In this document: in pieces, positions 18,393 through 28,072 of the stretch
Numbering within the stretch: position 1 is the stretch's first letter
Layout: the number at the start of each line of letters is the position of its first letter
Assembly (NCBI GenBank): GCA_963833225.1
Contig: CAWHXD010000017.1
Span: 32,001 to 96,000, forward strand
From: an uncultured Chloroflexia bacterium
Lineage (GTDB): Bacteria; Chloroflexota; Limnocylindria; Limnocylindrales; CSP1-4
Direction of reading: 5' to 3'
Length of the DNA: 64,000 nucleotides
The notes under the pieces: model-generated
The model's input: only the letters and a program-made list of their open reading frames with translations
Databases searched by the model: none
Told to the model about the DNA's origin: nothing
Translations under genes and position numbers: made by a program

Positions 18393-20507
18393 TCAGCCTG
18401 CGTGGGCCGGGATCTCGAGACCCAGTGCGGCCATCGTCTCCTCGACCTGGGCGAGCAGGCCGGGAACGTCGATCCGGATCAGGCGTCGCAGGTCGGTGAC
18501 CGAGCCGTGGTCGACGAAGCGGTCACCCGGGATGCCCAGGATCTTCACCGGCACCGACCGGTACGCCGGGTCGGCCAGGCGGGCCTCCTCGAACGCCTCG
18601 AGCACGCCGCTGCCGAACCCGCCGGTCACGACGCTCTCCTCGAAGGTCACGACCAGCTGCTTGCCACGCGCGGCATCGAGGATGAGCTGTCGGTCGAGCG
18701 GCTTCGCGAACCGGGCGTTGATGACCCCCACCGACCAGCCACGGGCGCCCAAACGATCCGCGACCTCGCTGGCCCGGGCGGTGATGGGGCCGAACCCGAC
18801 GAACAGCAGGTCCCGCCCTTCCCTCAGGACCTCGCCGCGGCCGACCGGCAGCACCTCGGGCTCGCGAACGGGCACGCCGAAGCCCGCGTCCCGCGGGTAG
18901 TGCAGCGCGAACGGATGGTCCTGGGCGAAGGCGGTGCGAACGAGCGAGCGGAGCTCCTGCTCGTCGCGCGGGCTGGCGATCACGAGGTTGGGCAGCATCC
19001 GCTGGGCCGGGATGGTGAACATGCCCTGGTGACTGGTGCCGTCCTCGCCCACCAGCCCCGCACGGTCCACGGCAAGCAGGACCGGGGCATCGTTCTGGCA
19101 GACGTCGTGAACGGTCTGGTCGAAGGCCCGCTGGAGGAAGGTCGAGTACAGCGCCACGACCGGCCGCATGCCTCCCAGCGCGAGGCCCGTGGCAAGCGTG
19201 ACCGCGTGCTGCTCGGCGATCCCGACATCGATGAACCGGTCCGGGTACGCCGCCTGCATCTTCGAGAGGCCGGTGCCGGTGGGCATCCCGGCCGTGATGG
19301 CCACGATCCGCCGATCGTCCGCGGCCAGCGCGACCAGCTCGGCCGCGAAGTGCGCCGTGTAGTTGGGGACCTTCCGGCTGTTCTGGGGGTCCGGCGCCGT
19401 CGCCTTCGCGGGCCCGACGGCAACCCGGTCGCGCCCCCGCCGGTCCGCCATCACCGACGCCGAGGGAGGCGCCCCCTCCTCGGCTTCGTGGGATGGCGAG
19501 ACCGAGGAGCCGCCGGCGGCCGACGACGCCATGCCCTCGCCATGCCCGTTGCCGTTGGCGGCCCCGATGCGATCGTGTGAATCGGTCGCCGGAACGGCGA
19601 TCGGGGGCAACGCGGCGCCGTGGAAGCTGACCTGGTCCGTCTCCGCCGGCCGGTAGCCCTTTCCCTTCTGCGTCCGGACGTGGACGATCACCGGGCCGTT
19701 GAGCGCGAGCGCCCGGCGGAAGGTCTCCTCAAGGAATGGCCGGTCGTGCCCCGGCATGACGCCGACGTAGGTGATCCCCAAGTCCTCGAACAGCTGGCCG
19801 GGCTGGGCGAACGACACCACCGACTGGCGGAAGCGGCGGCTCATCTCCAGCAGGCGGGGGCCGACCACGGGCACGTGCTCGGTGACGGTGTCCCAGGCGC
19901 CCTTGCCCTGCTGCCAGGCCTGGCTCAGCTTGATCTCGGAGAGGTACTTCGAGAGCGCGCCCACGGACGGGCTGATGGACATCTCGTTGTCGTTGAGCAC
20001 GATCAGGAGCTGCGTCTGGCGGTGGCCGATGTCGTTGAGCGCCTCCAGCGACAGCCCCGAGAGGAGCGCCGCGTCACCCACGACGACGGCGATCCGCTCC
20101 ATGGAGTGGCGCAGGTCACGGGCGGTCGCCAGGCCCTGGGCGATGGACAGGCCGGTGCCGGCGTGGCCGCCGTCCATCACGTCGTGGGGCGATTCGCTCC
20201 GCCGCGGAAAGCCGCCGATGCCATCGATCTGGCGGAGCGTGTGGAACCGTTCGAGGCGCCCGGTCAGCAGCTTGTGGGCATAGGCCTGGTGGCCGGTGTC
20301 CCACACGATCCGGTCGCGTGGCGATTCCAGCAGCCGGTGCAGCGCGAGCGTGACCTCGACGACACCGAGCGATGAGCCGAGGTGGCCGCCTGTCGCCGCG
20401 ACCGTGCGGATGATCGTCTCGCGGAGCTCGCCGGCGAGCTGCACGAGCTCTGCCTCGGACAGGCCGCGCAGGTCGGCGGGCTCATGCAGGCGGTCGAGGA
20501 TCGGCAC
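18393..20507 (-). CDS. dxs: 1-deoxy-D-xylulose-5-phosphate synthase
   Basis: GGHLGSSLG, WDTGHQAYAHK, GDAA...LNDNEMSI, DVGIAEQHA, YSTFLQRAFDQ and DRAGLVGEDG; GTG start with an AGGAG RBS. Confidence 0.97.
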   Translation of the reverse strand: MPILDRLHEPADLRGLSEAELVQLAGELRETIIRTVAATGGHLGSSLGVVEVTLALHRLLESPRDRIVWDTGHQAYAHKLLTGRLERFHTLRQIDGIGGFPRRSESPHDVMDGGHAGTGLSIAQGLATARDLRHSMERIAVVVGDAALLSGLSLEALNDIGHRQTQLLIVLNDNEMSISPSVGALSKYLSEIKLSQAWQQGKGAWDTVTEHVPVVGPRLLEMSRRFRQSVVSFAQPGQLFEDLGITYVGVMPGHDRPFLEETFRRALALNGPVIVHVRTQKGKGYRPAETDQVSFHGAALPPIAVPATDSHDRIGAANGNGHGEGMASSAAGGSSVSPSHEAEEGAPPSASVMADRRGRDRVAVGPAKATAPDPQNSRKVPNYTAHFAAELVALAADDRRIVAITAGMPTGTGLSKMQAAYPDRFIDVGIAEQHAVTLATGLALGGMRPVVALYSTFLQRAFDQTVHDVCQNDAPVLLAVDRAGLVGEDGTSHQGMFTIPAQRMLPNLVIASPRDEQELRSLVRTAFAQDHPFALHYPRDAGFGVPVREPEVLPVGRGEVLREGRDLLFVGFGPITARASEVADRLGARGWSVGVINARFAKPLDRQLILDAARGKQLVVTFEESVVTGGFGSGVLEAFEEARLADPAYRSVPVKILGIPGDRFVDHGSVTDLRRLIRIDVPGLLAQVEETMAALGLEIPAHAG

Positions 20508-20648
20508 GGCTGAACGGCTCCTGGTGCTCGGGTGAGACGTCGATGTCTGGACGACCGTGCGCCCGTCGGTGGTGCGTCTCCCCGATGGAAATATGATAGT
20601 CAATGGTAGCAGGATCCTGTGAGCGCCCACGCCAGGCGCCCGGTTCCC

Positions 20649-20924
20649 CTACTCGTCCTCGGCCTCCTCCGGGAGGACATCCACGGCGGCCAGCGCCCCC
20701 CCGGGGCGCGCCATCAGCTGCTGGACCCTCAGCTCGGCCTCGCTGAGCAGCCGCTCGCATCGCCGCTGGAGGGCCACCGCTCGCTCGTACTGCGCGATGG
20801 TCGCCTCGAGCGAGCCGCCGCCGGCCTCGAGGGCCGTGACGACGCGCTGGAGCTCGGCGAAGGCGTCGTCGTAGGCCAGGCTGTCGACGTCTGCCGTCGC
20901 GTCCGGTCCGGGTGTTTCGGTCAC
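20649..20924 (-). CDS. xseB: Exodeoxyribonuclease VII small subunit
   Basis: YDDAFAELQRVVTALEAG..SLEATIAQYERA...L..AELRV; AGGAG RBS. Confidence 0.9.
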   Translation of the reverse strand: MTETPGPDATADVDSLAYDDAFAELQRVVTALEAGGGSLEATIAQYERAVALQRRCERLLSEAELRVQQLMARPGGALAAVDVLPEEAEDE

Positions 20925-20958
20925 GGGCGGGCTCCTGTGGGTCGCGGCACGTGGTGGA

Positions 20959-22386
20959 TCATACCGATGGTGGCTCCGCGACCGGGCCATCGCTGGTGGC
21001 CACGAGGCTGCCGCCGGCGAGCGTGAGCCGCAGTCCGGTTCCTGCGGGAGCGGCGGCCGGGTCCCGGAGGATGGCACCATCGGGATCCCGGCGGACGATG
21101 GCATAGCCACGCGCGAGCGTCGCCTGCGGGCCCAGGGCACCGAGCGAGGCCGTCACCGCGGCCAGCCCCGCCGCCGACCGGCGCAGCCTGCCCTCGACGA
21201 GGGCCGGGGCTCGTCCGGTGAGGACCTCGAGGCGCCCGTGCTCCCGGGCCAGGCGGGACGGCAGCAACGTCGCGAGACGCGCGGTCGTGCGCTCGCCGGC
21301 CCGTGCGGTGTCCCGGAGGCGGTCCGCCACGACTCGCGCCGCCCGGTCCAGCAGCAGCCCGGCCCGTTCGCGCGATGCCGCCAGCTGGGCACGGGGCTCG
21401 AGCCGGACGAGCGCCCGCAGCTCGCCGTCGAGGTCGCGGCGACCGGCCGCCACGGCCCGGGCGATGGCGGACTCGGCACGCAGCCCCGCGCGGCGGCATC
21501 GCTCGAACGCCTCCATCCGGTCCGGCACGACGAGCTCCGCGGCGGCCGAGGGCGTGGCCGCCCGGACATCCGCGGCGAAGTCGGCAAGCGTCACGTCCAC
21601 CTCGTGGCCCACCCCGGTGACCACCGGGACGGGGTGAGCGATGACCGCCCGCACGACGCGCTCGTCGTTGAACGACCACAGGTCCTCGAGCGAACCGCCG
21701 CCCCGAGCCAGGATCGTCACGGCGGGGGCGTCGATCACCCGCCCCTCGGCCATCTCCTCGTCGCGGAAGCGCTCCAGCCGTCGCAGCGCCGCCACGATGC
21801 TCTGTGGGGCGCCGTCACCCTGGACCTTGCAGGCGACCAGGAGGACGCGGGCCAGCGGCCAGCGCCGGGCAAGGACCGTGCACACGTCGCGCCAGACGGC
21901 TCCGCTCGGGGACGTGACCACCGCGATCGTCCGGGGACGATCCGGCAGGGGCCGCTTGCGTGACGCGTCGAACAGGCCCTCGTCCGCCAGCCGGGCCTTG
22001 AGCTCCTCGAACCGAAGGGTGAGGTTCCCGAACCCCGACGGCTGCAGCGCCTCCACGTAGAGCTGCAGGGCGCCCTGCGGCTCGAACACGTCCATCCGGC
22101 CGTGCGCGACCACCTGGAGGCCTGTCTGGGGCTGGAACGGCGACCGCACGCGGTCGTCCCGGAACCAGACGCACTGCAGCTGGGCCCGGGCATCCTTGAG
22201 CGTGAAGTAGGCGTGCCCGGCGCTCGACACGGTGACCCGGCCGACCTCGCCCTCGACCCACAGGTCCCGGAGCCCGTCGTCGGAGCGGACGCGGTCCCGG
22301 ATGGCGCGGCTGACCTCGGAGACGGTGCGAACGCGCAGGCCGAACGTGCCGCTCGGGATGGGGCGACCCAGGTCATCCGGGGACAC
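20959..22386 (-). CDS. xseA: Exodeoxyribonuclease VII large subunit
   Basis: WVEGEV, GHAYFTLKD, ARGGGSLEDLWSFNDE, GVGHEVD and TPSAAAE motifs. Confidence 0.96.
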   Translation of the reverse strand: MSPDDLGRPIPSGTFGLRVRTVSEVSRAIRDRVRSDDGLRDLWVEGEVGRVTVSSAGHAYFTLKDARAQLQCVWFRDDRVRSPFQPQTGLQVVAHGRMDVFEPQGALQLYVEALQPSGFGNLTLRFEELKARLADEGLFDASRKRPLPDRPRTIAVVTSPSGAVWRDVCTVLARRWPLARVLLVACKVQGDGAPQSIVAALRRLERFRDEEMAEGRVIDAPAVTILARGGGSLEDLWSFNDERVVRAVIAHPVPVVTGVGHEVDVTLADFAADVRAATPSAAAELVVPDRMEAFERCRRAGLRAESAIARAVAAGRRDLDGELRALVRLEPRAQLAASRERAGLLLDRAARVVADRLRDTARAGERTTARLATLLPSRLAREHGRLEVLTGRAPALVEGRLRRSAAGLAAVTASLGALGPQATLARGYAIVRRDPDGAILRDPAAAPAGTGLRLTLAGGSLVATSDGPVAEPPSV

Positions 22387-22406
22387 GGATCGCTCTCCCT
22401 CGCGCG

Positions 22407-22964
22407 TCAGAGGCGGGTCTGGTACTCGCCGGTGCGGGTGTCGATCCGGAGGGTGTCCCCCTCGGTCACGAACAGGGGCACCGTGACCACGAGGCCGGTC
22501 TCCATGGTCGCGTTCTTGCGCGCGCCCTGGGCAGTGTCGCCCGCGTACCCCGGCTCGGTCTCGACCACGAGCAGGTCCACGGTCACCGGGAGCTCGACGC
22601 CGAGGGTGTCGCCCTGGTAGCTCGTCCGGTCGAGCGTCATGCCCTCCTTGAGGAAGCCGACCACGTCATCGAGGGTCTCGGCCCGGAGGCTGAACTGCTC
22701 GTAGGACTCGGTCTCCATGAAATGGAGGTCGTCGCCGTCGCGGTACAGGAACTGGACGGGCCGTCGGTCGATCTGGGCGCGAGGCCAGCGGTCGCCGGCC
22801 TGGAACGACTTCTCGACCGTGCTGCCCTTCTTGACGTTCCGGAGCTTGATCCGGACCTGGGCAGAGCCGCGGCCCATCTTGATGTGGTGGTAGTCGAGGA
22901 TCTGCCACAGGTCGCCGTCAAGCTCGATGACGACGCCCTTGCGCAGCTCTCCGGTGCTGATCAT
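22407..22964 (-). CDS. efp: Elongation factor P
   Basis: HHIKMGRGSA loop, FMETESYEQ, PGYAGDTA, ETGLVVTVPLFV and DTRTGEY motifs. Confidence 0.96.
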   Translation of the reverse strand: MISTGELRKGVVIELDGDLWQILDYHHIKMGRGSAQVRIKLRNVKKGSTVEKSFQAGDRWPRAQIDRRPVQFLYRDGDDLHFMETESYEQFSLRAETLDDVVGFLKEGMTLDRTSYQGDTLGVELPVTVDLLVVETEPGYAGDTAQGARKNATMETGLVVTVPLFVTEGDTLRIDTRTGEYQTRL

Positions 22965-23088
22965 CGGGTGTGGTGCTCCGGTGGCGCGTGGCGCGGTCGG
23001 GAGACGTGCAGGCTCGCCGCGCTCGGTCGGTGGGTGTCTCCGGGATGCTACCAGAGGCCGTGCCGACGGCCCTGGGAGGCGGCGCCGG

Positions 23089-24315
23089 TCAGGAGGGCAG
23101 GGCGATCACGGAACGCGGGAACCGGGTCAGGCGCTCCACCACGCCCCGGGCGGCATCGAGGTGGATCAGGTCCTCGATCCGGACGCCGGTCACCCCGTCG
23201 AGATAGACGCCGGGCTCCACGGAGAACACGGTCGGACTGGGCAGCGGGTCGTCGGATGCGCGCCTGGACAGCGATGGCTCCTCGTGGGTCGCCAGGCCGA
23301 TCCCATGCCCGGTGCCGTGACCGAAGTGCGATCCGTGGCCGGCATCCGTGATCAGGTCACGCGCCGCGGCATCGGCGGCCCGGCCACCGACCAGGGCACC
23401 GTTCGCGACGGGCAGCCGCTCCACCGAGGCGGCGATGGCATCGATCGAGGCCTGCTGGGCACGCGCGACCAGGTCGTAGATCTCGAGGTCCCGGGGACGC
23501 GGCTCGCCCACGAACAGGGTCCGTGTCATGTCGCTCCGGTAGCCCTCCACCTGGGCGCCGAAGTCGAACAGGAGGACCTCCCCTGCCAGCACCGGCCGGT
23601 CACCCGGCGACCCGTGCGGCAGGGCGGCCTCGGGGCCGGCGAGGCAGGCGACGTTGAACGCGAGGGCCTCGGCACCACTGGTTCGCATGAGCCACTCGAG
23701 CCGGAGCGCAAGGTCGTGCTCGGTGACGCCGGGCCGGATCTCGGGGAGGAGGGCCGCGAGCGCCCGATCGGCGACCGCGCAGGCGGCCTCGATCCGCTCG
23801 ATCTCGTCGGGGGCCTTTCGCGCGCGCAGGGCCTCGACCCAGCCGTCGACCGCCACGAGCTCCACCTCGGGTGCCGCGGCGGCAAGGCGCGTCCAGAGGG
23901 CATGCGACGTTGCCGCGGCCTCGACCGCCACCCGGCGGGCGCCGGCACGGGCAACCAGCCGTGCCCAGTGCTCGGCCAGGTCATAGCCGATCTCCTCGAC
24001 CACCGCGTCCGGCGCCTCGCGGCGCGCCTGGAGCGTGTACCGGGAGTCCGTCACCAGCAGGACATCGTCGGGTCCCACCAGGAGCTGCCCGGAATGGCCG
24101 GCAACCTTGTCCTCGCCCTCGGCCAGCGTGAACCCGGTGAGCCACCGCATGTGCTCGGGCCGGAGGCCGAAGTAGGCGTCGACGCCGTCGCGCGCCATCC
24201 GCTCGCGCAGGAGCGCCAGGCGCCCCGGCTGCTGCGCGCGCTCCGCCTCGCGCCAGCGAGCGCGGGTGAGGGCATCCGGGGGCGGGGCGAAGTCGGACGG
24301 GACCGGCAGCGACAT
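23089..24315 (-). CDS. Xaa-Pro aminopeptidase (M24 family, YqhT/PepQ-like)
   Basis: TDSRY, LPHG, FDFGA..GYRSDMTRT, HGTGHGIGLATHE, SVEPGVY and GVRIED motifs; sits upstream of efp. Confidence 0.92.
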   Translation of the reverse strand: MSLPVPSDFAPPPDALTRARWREAERAQQPGRLALLRERMARDGVDAYFGLRPEHMRWLTGFTLAEGEDKVAGHSGQLLVGPDDVLLVTDSRYTLQARREAPDAVVEEIGYDLAEHWARLVARAGARRVAVEAAATSHALWTRLAAAAPEVELVAVDGWVEALRARKAPDEIERIEAACAVADRALAALLPEIRPGVTEHDLALRLEWLMRTSGAEALAFNVACLAGPEAALPHGSPGDRPVLAGEVLLFDFGAQVEGYRSDMTRTLFVGEPRPRDLEIYDLVARAQQASIDAIAASVERLPVANGALVGGRAADAAARDLITDAGHGSHFGHGTGHGIGLATHEEPSLSRRASDDPLPSPTVFSVEPGVYLDGVTGVRIEDLIHLDAARGVVERLTRFPRSVIALPS

Positions 24316-24317
24316 CG

Positions 24318-25706
24318 TCAGTTGCCGCCGTACTTCGCCACGTTGCGCTCGTGCTCCGCACGGGTCTTCGCGAACGCGCTCGAGCCAGAGCCGTCACCCT
24401 TGGCGATGAAGAACAGGTAGCCGGTCTTCGTGTCCGGGTTGAGCGCGGCCTCGATCGACGCGAGGGCGGGCGAGCAGATCGGCCCGGGAGGCAGGCCGGC
24501 GCTGGTGTAGGTGTTGTAGCCGGCCAGCTCGTCCGGCAGGGGCACCGGGAGCTGTTCCACCAGCGAATCCCAGAAGACGTACTTGGTCCACCCGGACAGC
24601 TTCATCGCGTCCAGCTGGAGGGTGTCGTTGGTGTAGAAGATCGTGGGATCGGACTGCAGCAGGCCCGTGGGCCACTTCTTGGGGTTGAGCCGGTTCTGGT
24701 AGACACCGGCGATCAGCGGGCGCTCCTCGTCGAGCACCGCCTCGCGCTCCACGATCGAGGCGAGCACCAGCACCTGGTAGAAGGTCAGCCCGCGGCTCTC
24801 CGGGACCTGGAGCCGCTCCTCGCCGACTCGATCGTAGAACGCGTTGAGCATCATCCGGATCAGGTCCTCGGCGCTCGTGGGCGCATCCGCATCGACCCGG
24901 ATCGTGTAGGTCGCCGGATACAGGAACCCCTCGAGGCTGGCTCCCTTGGGGCGGACGCTCTCGTCGATCAGCCACGGGTAGTCCGCGAGCAGCTCGTCGG
25001 GCGGGTTGAGCGCGATGTCGCGGAACGCCCTGGCGTCGACGGACGTGCCGTCGATGGTCAGGAGCTTGGCCACCATCTGCTCGATCCGGAGCCCCTCGCG
25101 GAACGTGATGTCGATCGTCCGGACCACGATCCGGTTCTCCACCAGGCCCTTGACGACCTCGGCCGGCGTCAGGTTGAGGGCCAGCGAGAAATCGCCCGCC
25201 TGGAGCTTGGGGGCGAGGCCATCCATGCGCGCCTGGAACAGGAACACCCGCTCCGACGTGATGATCTTCGCGCCCAGCAGGCGCGGTGCCAGCGTGGCGG
25301 GCGTGTCGCCCGACTCCACCGTGAACTCCACCACGCTGGGGTTCGTCCCGGCGGGCGCCGTGAGGGCGGGCCCCAGGTCCTCGCGCACGAGATCCTGGAT
25401 GAACCCGATGCGCAGGGCCGCCGGATTGTCCTCGGCGAGCGGAACGATGACCAGCCGTGCGATCGGGCGGGCAACGGTGAACAGGGCGACGAGGACGACG
25501 CCGGCCAGCACCAGCAGGAACACGATGAACCCCAGCAGCCCGGTCAGCCCGCCGCGCCGCTGGCCGTAGCGCTCGTACCGCCGCTGGTCGCCGGGACCCC
25601 GCCCGAAGCGTCCGGTCCGCCGGTAGCCGTTGGGCGCCGGACGGGCGGGCTCGGGAACCGGTGGGACGTAGTCCCCGCGCGGGCCACGTCCGCCCCGGAT
25701 GCTCAT
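24318..25706 (-). CDS. mltG: Endolytic transglycosylase MltG (YceG)
   Basis: N-terminal TM, LEGFLYPATY, LASIVEREA, VYQNRL, LQSDPT and YNTY..GLPPGPICSP motifs. Confidence 0.93.
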   Translation of the reverse strand: MSIRGGRGPRGDYVPPVPEPARPAPNGYRRTGRFGRGPGDQRRYERYGQRRGGLTGLLGFIVFLLVLAGVVLVALFTVARPIARLVIVPLAEDNPAALRIGFIQDLVREDLGPALTAPAGTNPSVVEFTVESGDTPATLAPRLLGAKIITSERVFLFQARMDGLAPKLQAGDFSLALNLTPAEVVKGLVENRIVVRTIDITFREGLRIEQMVAKLLTIDGTSVDARAFRDIALNPPDELLADYPWLIDESVRPKGASLEGFLYPATYTIRVDADAPTSAEDLIRMMLNAFYDRVGEERLQVPESRGLTFYQVLVLASIVEREAVLDEERPLIAGVYQNRLNPKKWPTGLLQSDPTIFYTNDTLQLDAMKLSGWTKYVFWDSLVEQLPVPLPDELAGYNTYTSAGLPPGPICSPALASIEAALNPDTKTGYLFFIAKGDGSGSSAFAKTRAEHERNVAKYGGN

Positions 25707-26215
25707 GCGTCCGTCCCCAATGGGCGCTCCGGCACGCGGGCCAAGCCCGTGAGGCCAGCCGCCTCTCGACGCGCGTCAAGCTCGTCCTGGAGGATGATGC
25801 TGGCGGCTTCGCGATCGATTCGCGCCCGGTGCGCATCGCGCTGCGTCCGAGACGGTGGGCCGCCCGATCGGCCGCGGGGCATCCGTCCCAGCCGCCGTTC
25901 GGCCTCGAACGATGACAGGCGTTCGTCGCGCAGGGTCACGGGGAGGTCGAGCCGGCTGGCAAGCTCCGAGGCCCAGGCGCGGGCGCCCGCCGCCATCTCG
26001 CCCTCGGTGCCACGGGCCTCGACCGGCAACCCGACGACCAGCTCGCGGACGTCCTGCTCCAGGCACACACGGCCGATCGTGTCGGCATCGGCCTGCGGCG
26101 TGTTTGACCGTCTCACCGTGGACAGGGGCCGGGCGATCCCAATGCCGGCGTCGGCGACGGCCAGGCCGATCCGTCGGGTGCCGAGGTCGACACCCAGGAT
26201 CCGGCTCACCGGCAC
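25703..26215 (-). CDS. ruvX: Pre-16S rRNA nuclease / Holliday junction resolvase-like RuvX (YqgF)
   Basis: ILGVDLGTRRIGLAVAD, VVGLP, DERLSS and IDREAASIILQ motifs. Confidence 0.93.
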   Translation of the reverse strand: MPVSRILGVDLGTRRIGLAVADAGIGIARPLSTVRRSNTPQADADTIGRVCLEQDVRELVVGLPVEARGTEGEMAAGARAWASELASRLDLPVTLRDERLSSFEAERRLGRMPRGRSGGPPSRTQRDAHRARIDREAASIILQDELDARREAAGLTGLARVPERPLGTDA

Positions 26216-26243
26216 GAGACGATCGTCGGGGTGGACTGCAGCA

Positions 26244-28064
26244 TCAGCCGGATGGTACTGGCTGGGAGGGCGTCCCGTCGTCGGCCGGACCGGACGGCGA
26301 CGGCGCCGGCCGGATGGAGGGCAGGACCGGTTCGACGTCCGGCACCGCGTCGACGGCGTCCAGGACGGTCAGCGTCACGCGCGAATTGACCGTGGGAACG
26401 CTCGTGACCATGTCCGGCCAGAGCGCGATGGTCACATCCCCATACGGCTCCAGGAGGGCGCGTGCCTGGTCCGCCGGGAGCCCCATGACCTGCTGGCGGA
26501 GCCGCTCGCCGTCCACCGGCCGGACCTGCTTGGCGACACCGGCGACCGGGAACTCGATGACCCCGTGCCTGACGGTGCCCTCCCCGGCCGACACTTGCGT
26601 CGACCCCTCGACAAGATCCCAGCCCGGCGTGACCGAGTCCGCGAGCGCCCCGGCGGCGATGGCGTCGAGTGGCGACGCATCGACGGCGAGCACGGTCGCG
26701 GTCGCGGTGAGCCCCAGCTCGAATGTCTCGACCTCCACGTTGACGAGGCTCTCCGGATCGACCGTGGGTGTCGCCTCACCAAGGGTCGCCGTCTCCGGGA
26801 AGACCGTCGCCTCGGTGGGAACGCCGTCCGCGTTGTCCACCTGTGCCTCGAACTGCGCCTGCAGATCGACGGCCAGCGTGGCCAGCGCTTCGTCGACGTC
26901 CTTGCGGGAGATCCGGGTGAACTCCTCGCGAGTGCCACCGGTCGTCGGATCCGGATTGGACACCGTGACCAGGTTGCGATCGTAGCGTGCCGGCACGACC
27001 CGGATCCGTCCCGCCTCGACGTTGCCGTCTGGCCCCGGCTTGGCGGCCGTGACCGCGACCTCGGTCGTCTGGCACCTGATCGTCTGCACCGAGCCGCTGC
27101 CCGTGATCTGGGCGACGGGCAGGAACACGGACTCGTCGATCTCGAACTCGATGCCATCCGGCGTCTTGACAGAGGTCCCGGACGAGATCGTGTACGAGGC
27201 CGACGGATCGCAGTTCCGCCAGCGAACCACACCCGTCGCGCGGGTGGTCTCGACGCGCTTGCCCGTGGCCGGGAACTCCGTGGAGACCTCGACCGGGAGG
27301 TCCACCACCTGGGCGGGGATCACGAGCCTGTCCGCATCCACGGCGGTGGCAAGCGGATCCGCGGTGACGACGAGCTCCACGGGACCGACCGCCTCCACCC
27401 GTGGGGCGATGGTGATGTCGGCCGCCGGCAGGAACACGAACGCGGCCACGCCCGCCGCGCCCAGCGCGACCAGCAGGATCAGGACACCCGCCACGAGACC
27501 CGCGCCCGGAAGCCTGCGGGAGGGCCGGACCACGGGCACCTCGCGGCTGCGCCGGACGATCGCCTCAAGCTCGGCCTCGCGGTCAGCCGGGAGGCCTGCC
27601 GCCCCGTCGGCGATGCCGACCTCCTCCGCCGCCGCTGCCGGGGACGGATCGCGCGCCGTTCTGCGCTCCGCCTTATCCGACCCTGGGGACGAGCCCGCGG
27701 TCCGTGCGGCCGGCGCCGACCGAGCGGGCCGCTCCGTCACGTCGCCGGCCGGCGGGGTGTCCGTCGCGGGCTGCCCGGCTGCTGCCGATCCCTCGAGCGC
27801 GTCCTCGTACTCCCCGACCGACCCGAAGACCGGCAGTCCGGCCGACGCGGCCAGCGCCCTCGCGGACGCGTCAGGCGCCACGATGTCCAGCCGGCGCCCG
27901 TTCGCCATCGCCTCACGGGCGAGGAGCCGGAAGTTGATCCGCGACGTCGCGACGCGGGACCCGAACGGGATGACGATCGCCACCCGTGGGTCCGTCGCCT
28001 GGCGGATCCGGGCTGCCGCGGTCGTGATCTCGTCGTCGGGATCGAGGTAGATGATCGCCGCCAT
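26244..28064 (-). CDS. Single-pass membrane protein with a STAS-like N-terminal domain and a baseplate J/gp47-like extracytoplasmic domain
   Basis: N-terminus IYLDPDDEIT...INFRLLAREA...LAASAGLPV, an Ala/Pro linker, a TM (LVAGVLILLVALGAAGVAAFVFL), then baseplate-J-type motifs ATGVV, SGTSVKTPDGIEF, VAVTAAKPGPDGNVEAG and VSNPDPTTGG. Confidence 0.7.
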   Translation of the reverse strand: MAAIIYLDPDDEITTAAARIRQATDPRVAIVIPFGSRVATSRINFRLLAREAMANGRRLDIVAPDASARALAASAGLPVFGSVGEYEDALEGSAAAGQPATDTPPAGDVTERPARSAPAARTAGSSPGSDKAERRTARDPSPAAAAEEVGIADGAAGLPADREAELEAIVRRSREVPVVRPSRRLPGAGLVAGVLILLVALGAAGVAAFVFLPAADITIAPRVEAVGPVELVVTADPLATAVDADRLVIPAQVVDLPVEVSTEFPATGKRVETTRATGVVRWRNCDPSASYTISSGTSVKTPDGIEFEIDESVFLPVAQITGSGSVQTIRCQTTEVAVTAAKPGPDGNVEAGRIRVVPARYDRNLVTVSNPDPTTGGTREEFTRISRKDVDEALATLAVDLQAQFEAQVDNADGVPTEATVFPETATLGEATPTVDPESLVNVEVETFELGLTATATVLAVDASPLDAIAAGALADSVTPGWDLVEGSTQVSAGEGTVRHGVIEFPVAGVAKQVRPVDGERLRQQVMGLPADQARALLEPYGDVTIALWPDMVTSVPTVNSRVTLTVLDAVDAVPDVEPVLPSIRPAPSPSGPADDGTPSQPVPSG

Positions 28065-28072
28065 GGCCGGCG

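Noticed and set aside
26244-28064. Prophage or contractile injection system suggested by the baseplate-J-like domain
   Set aside because: No other tail, sheath, spike, capsid or integrase genes are present. The protein has a TM anchor and sits in a housekeeping operon.
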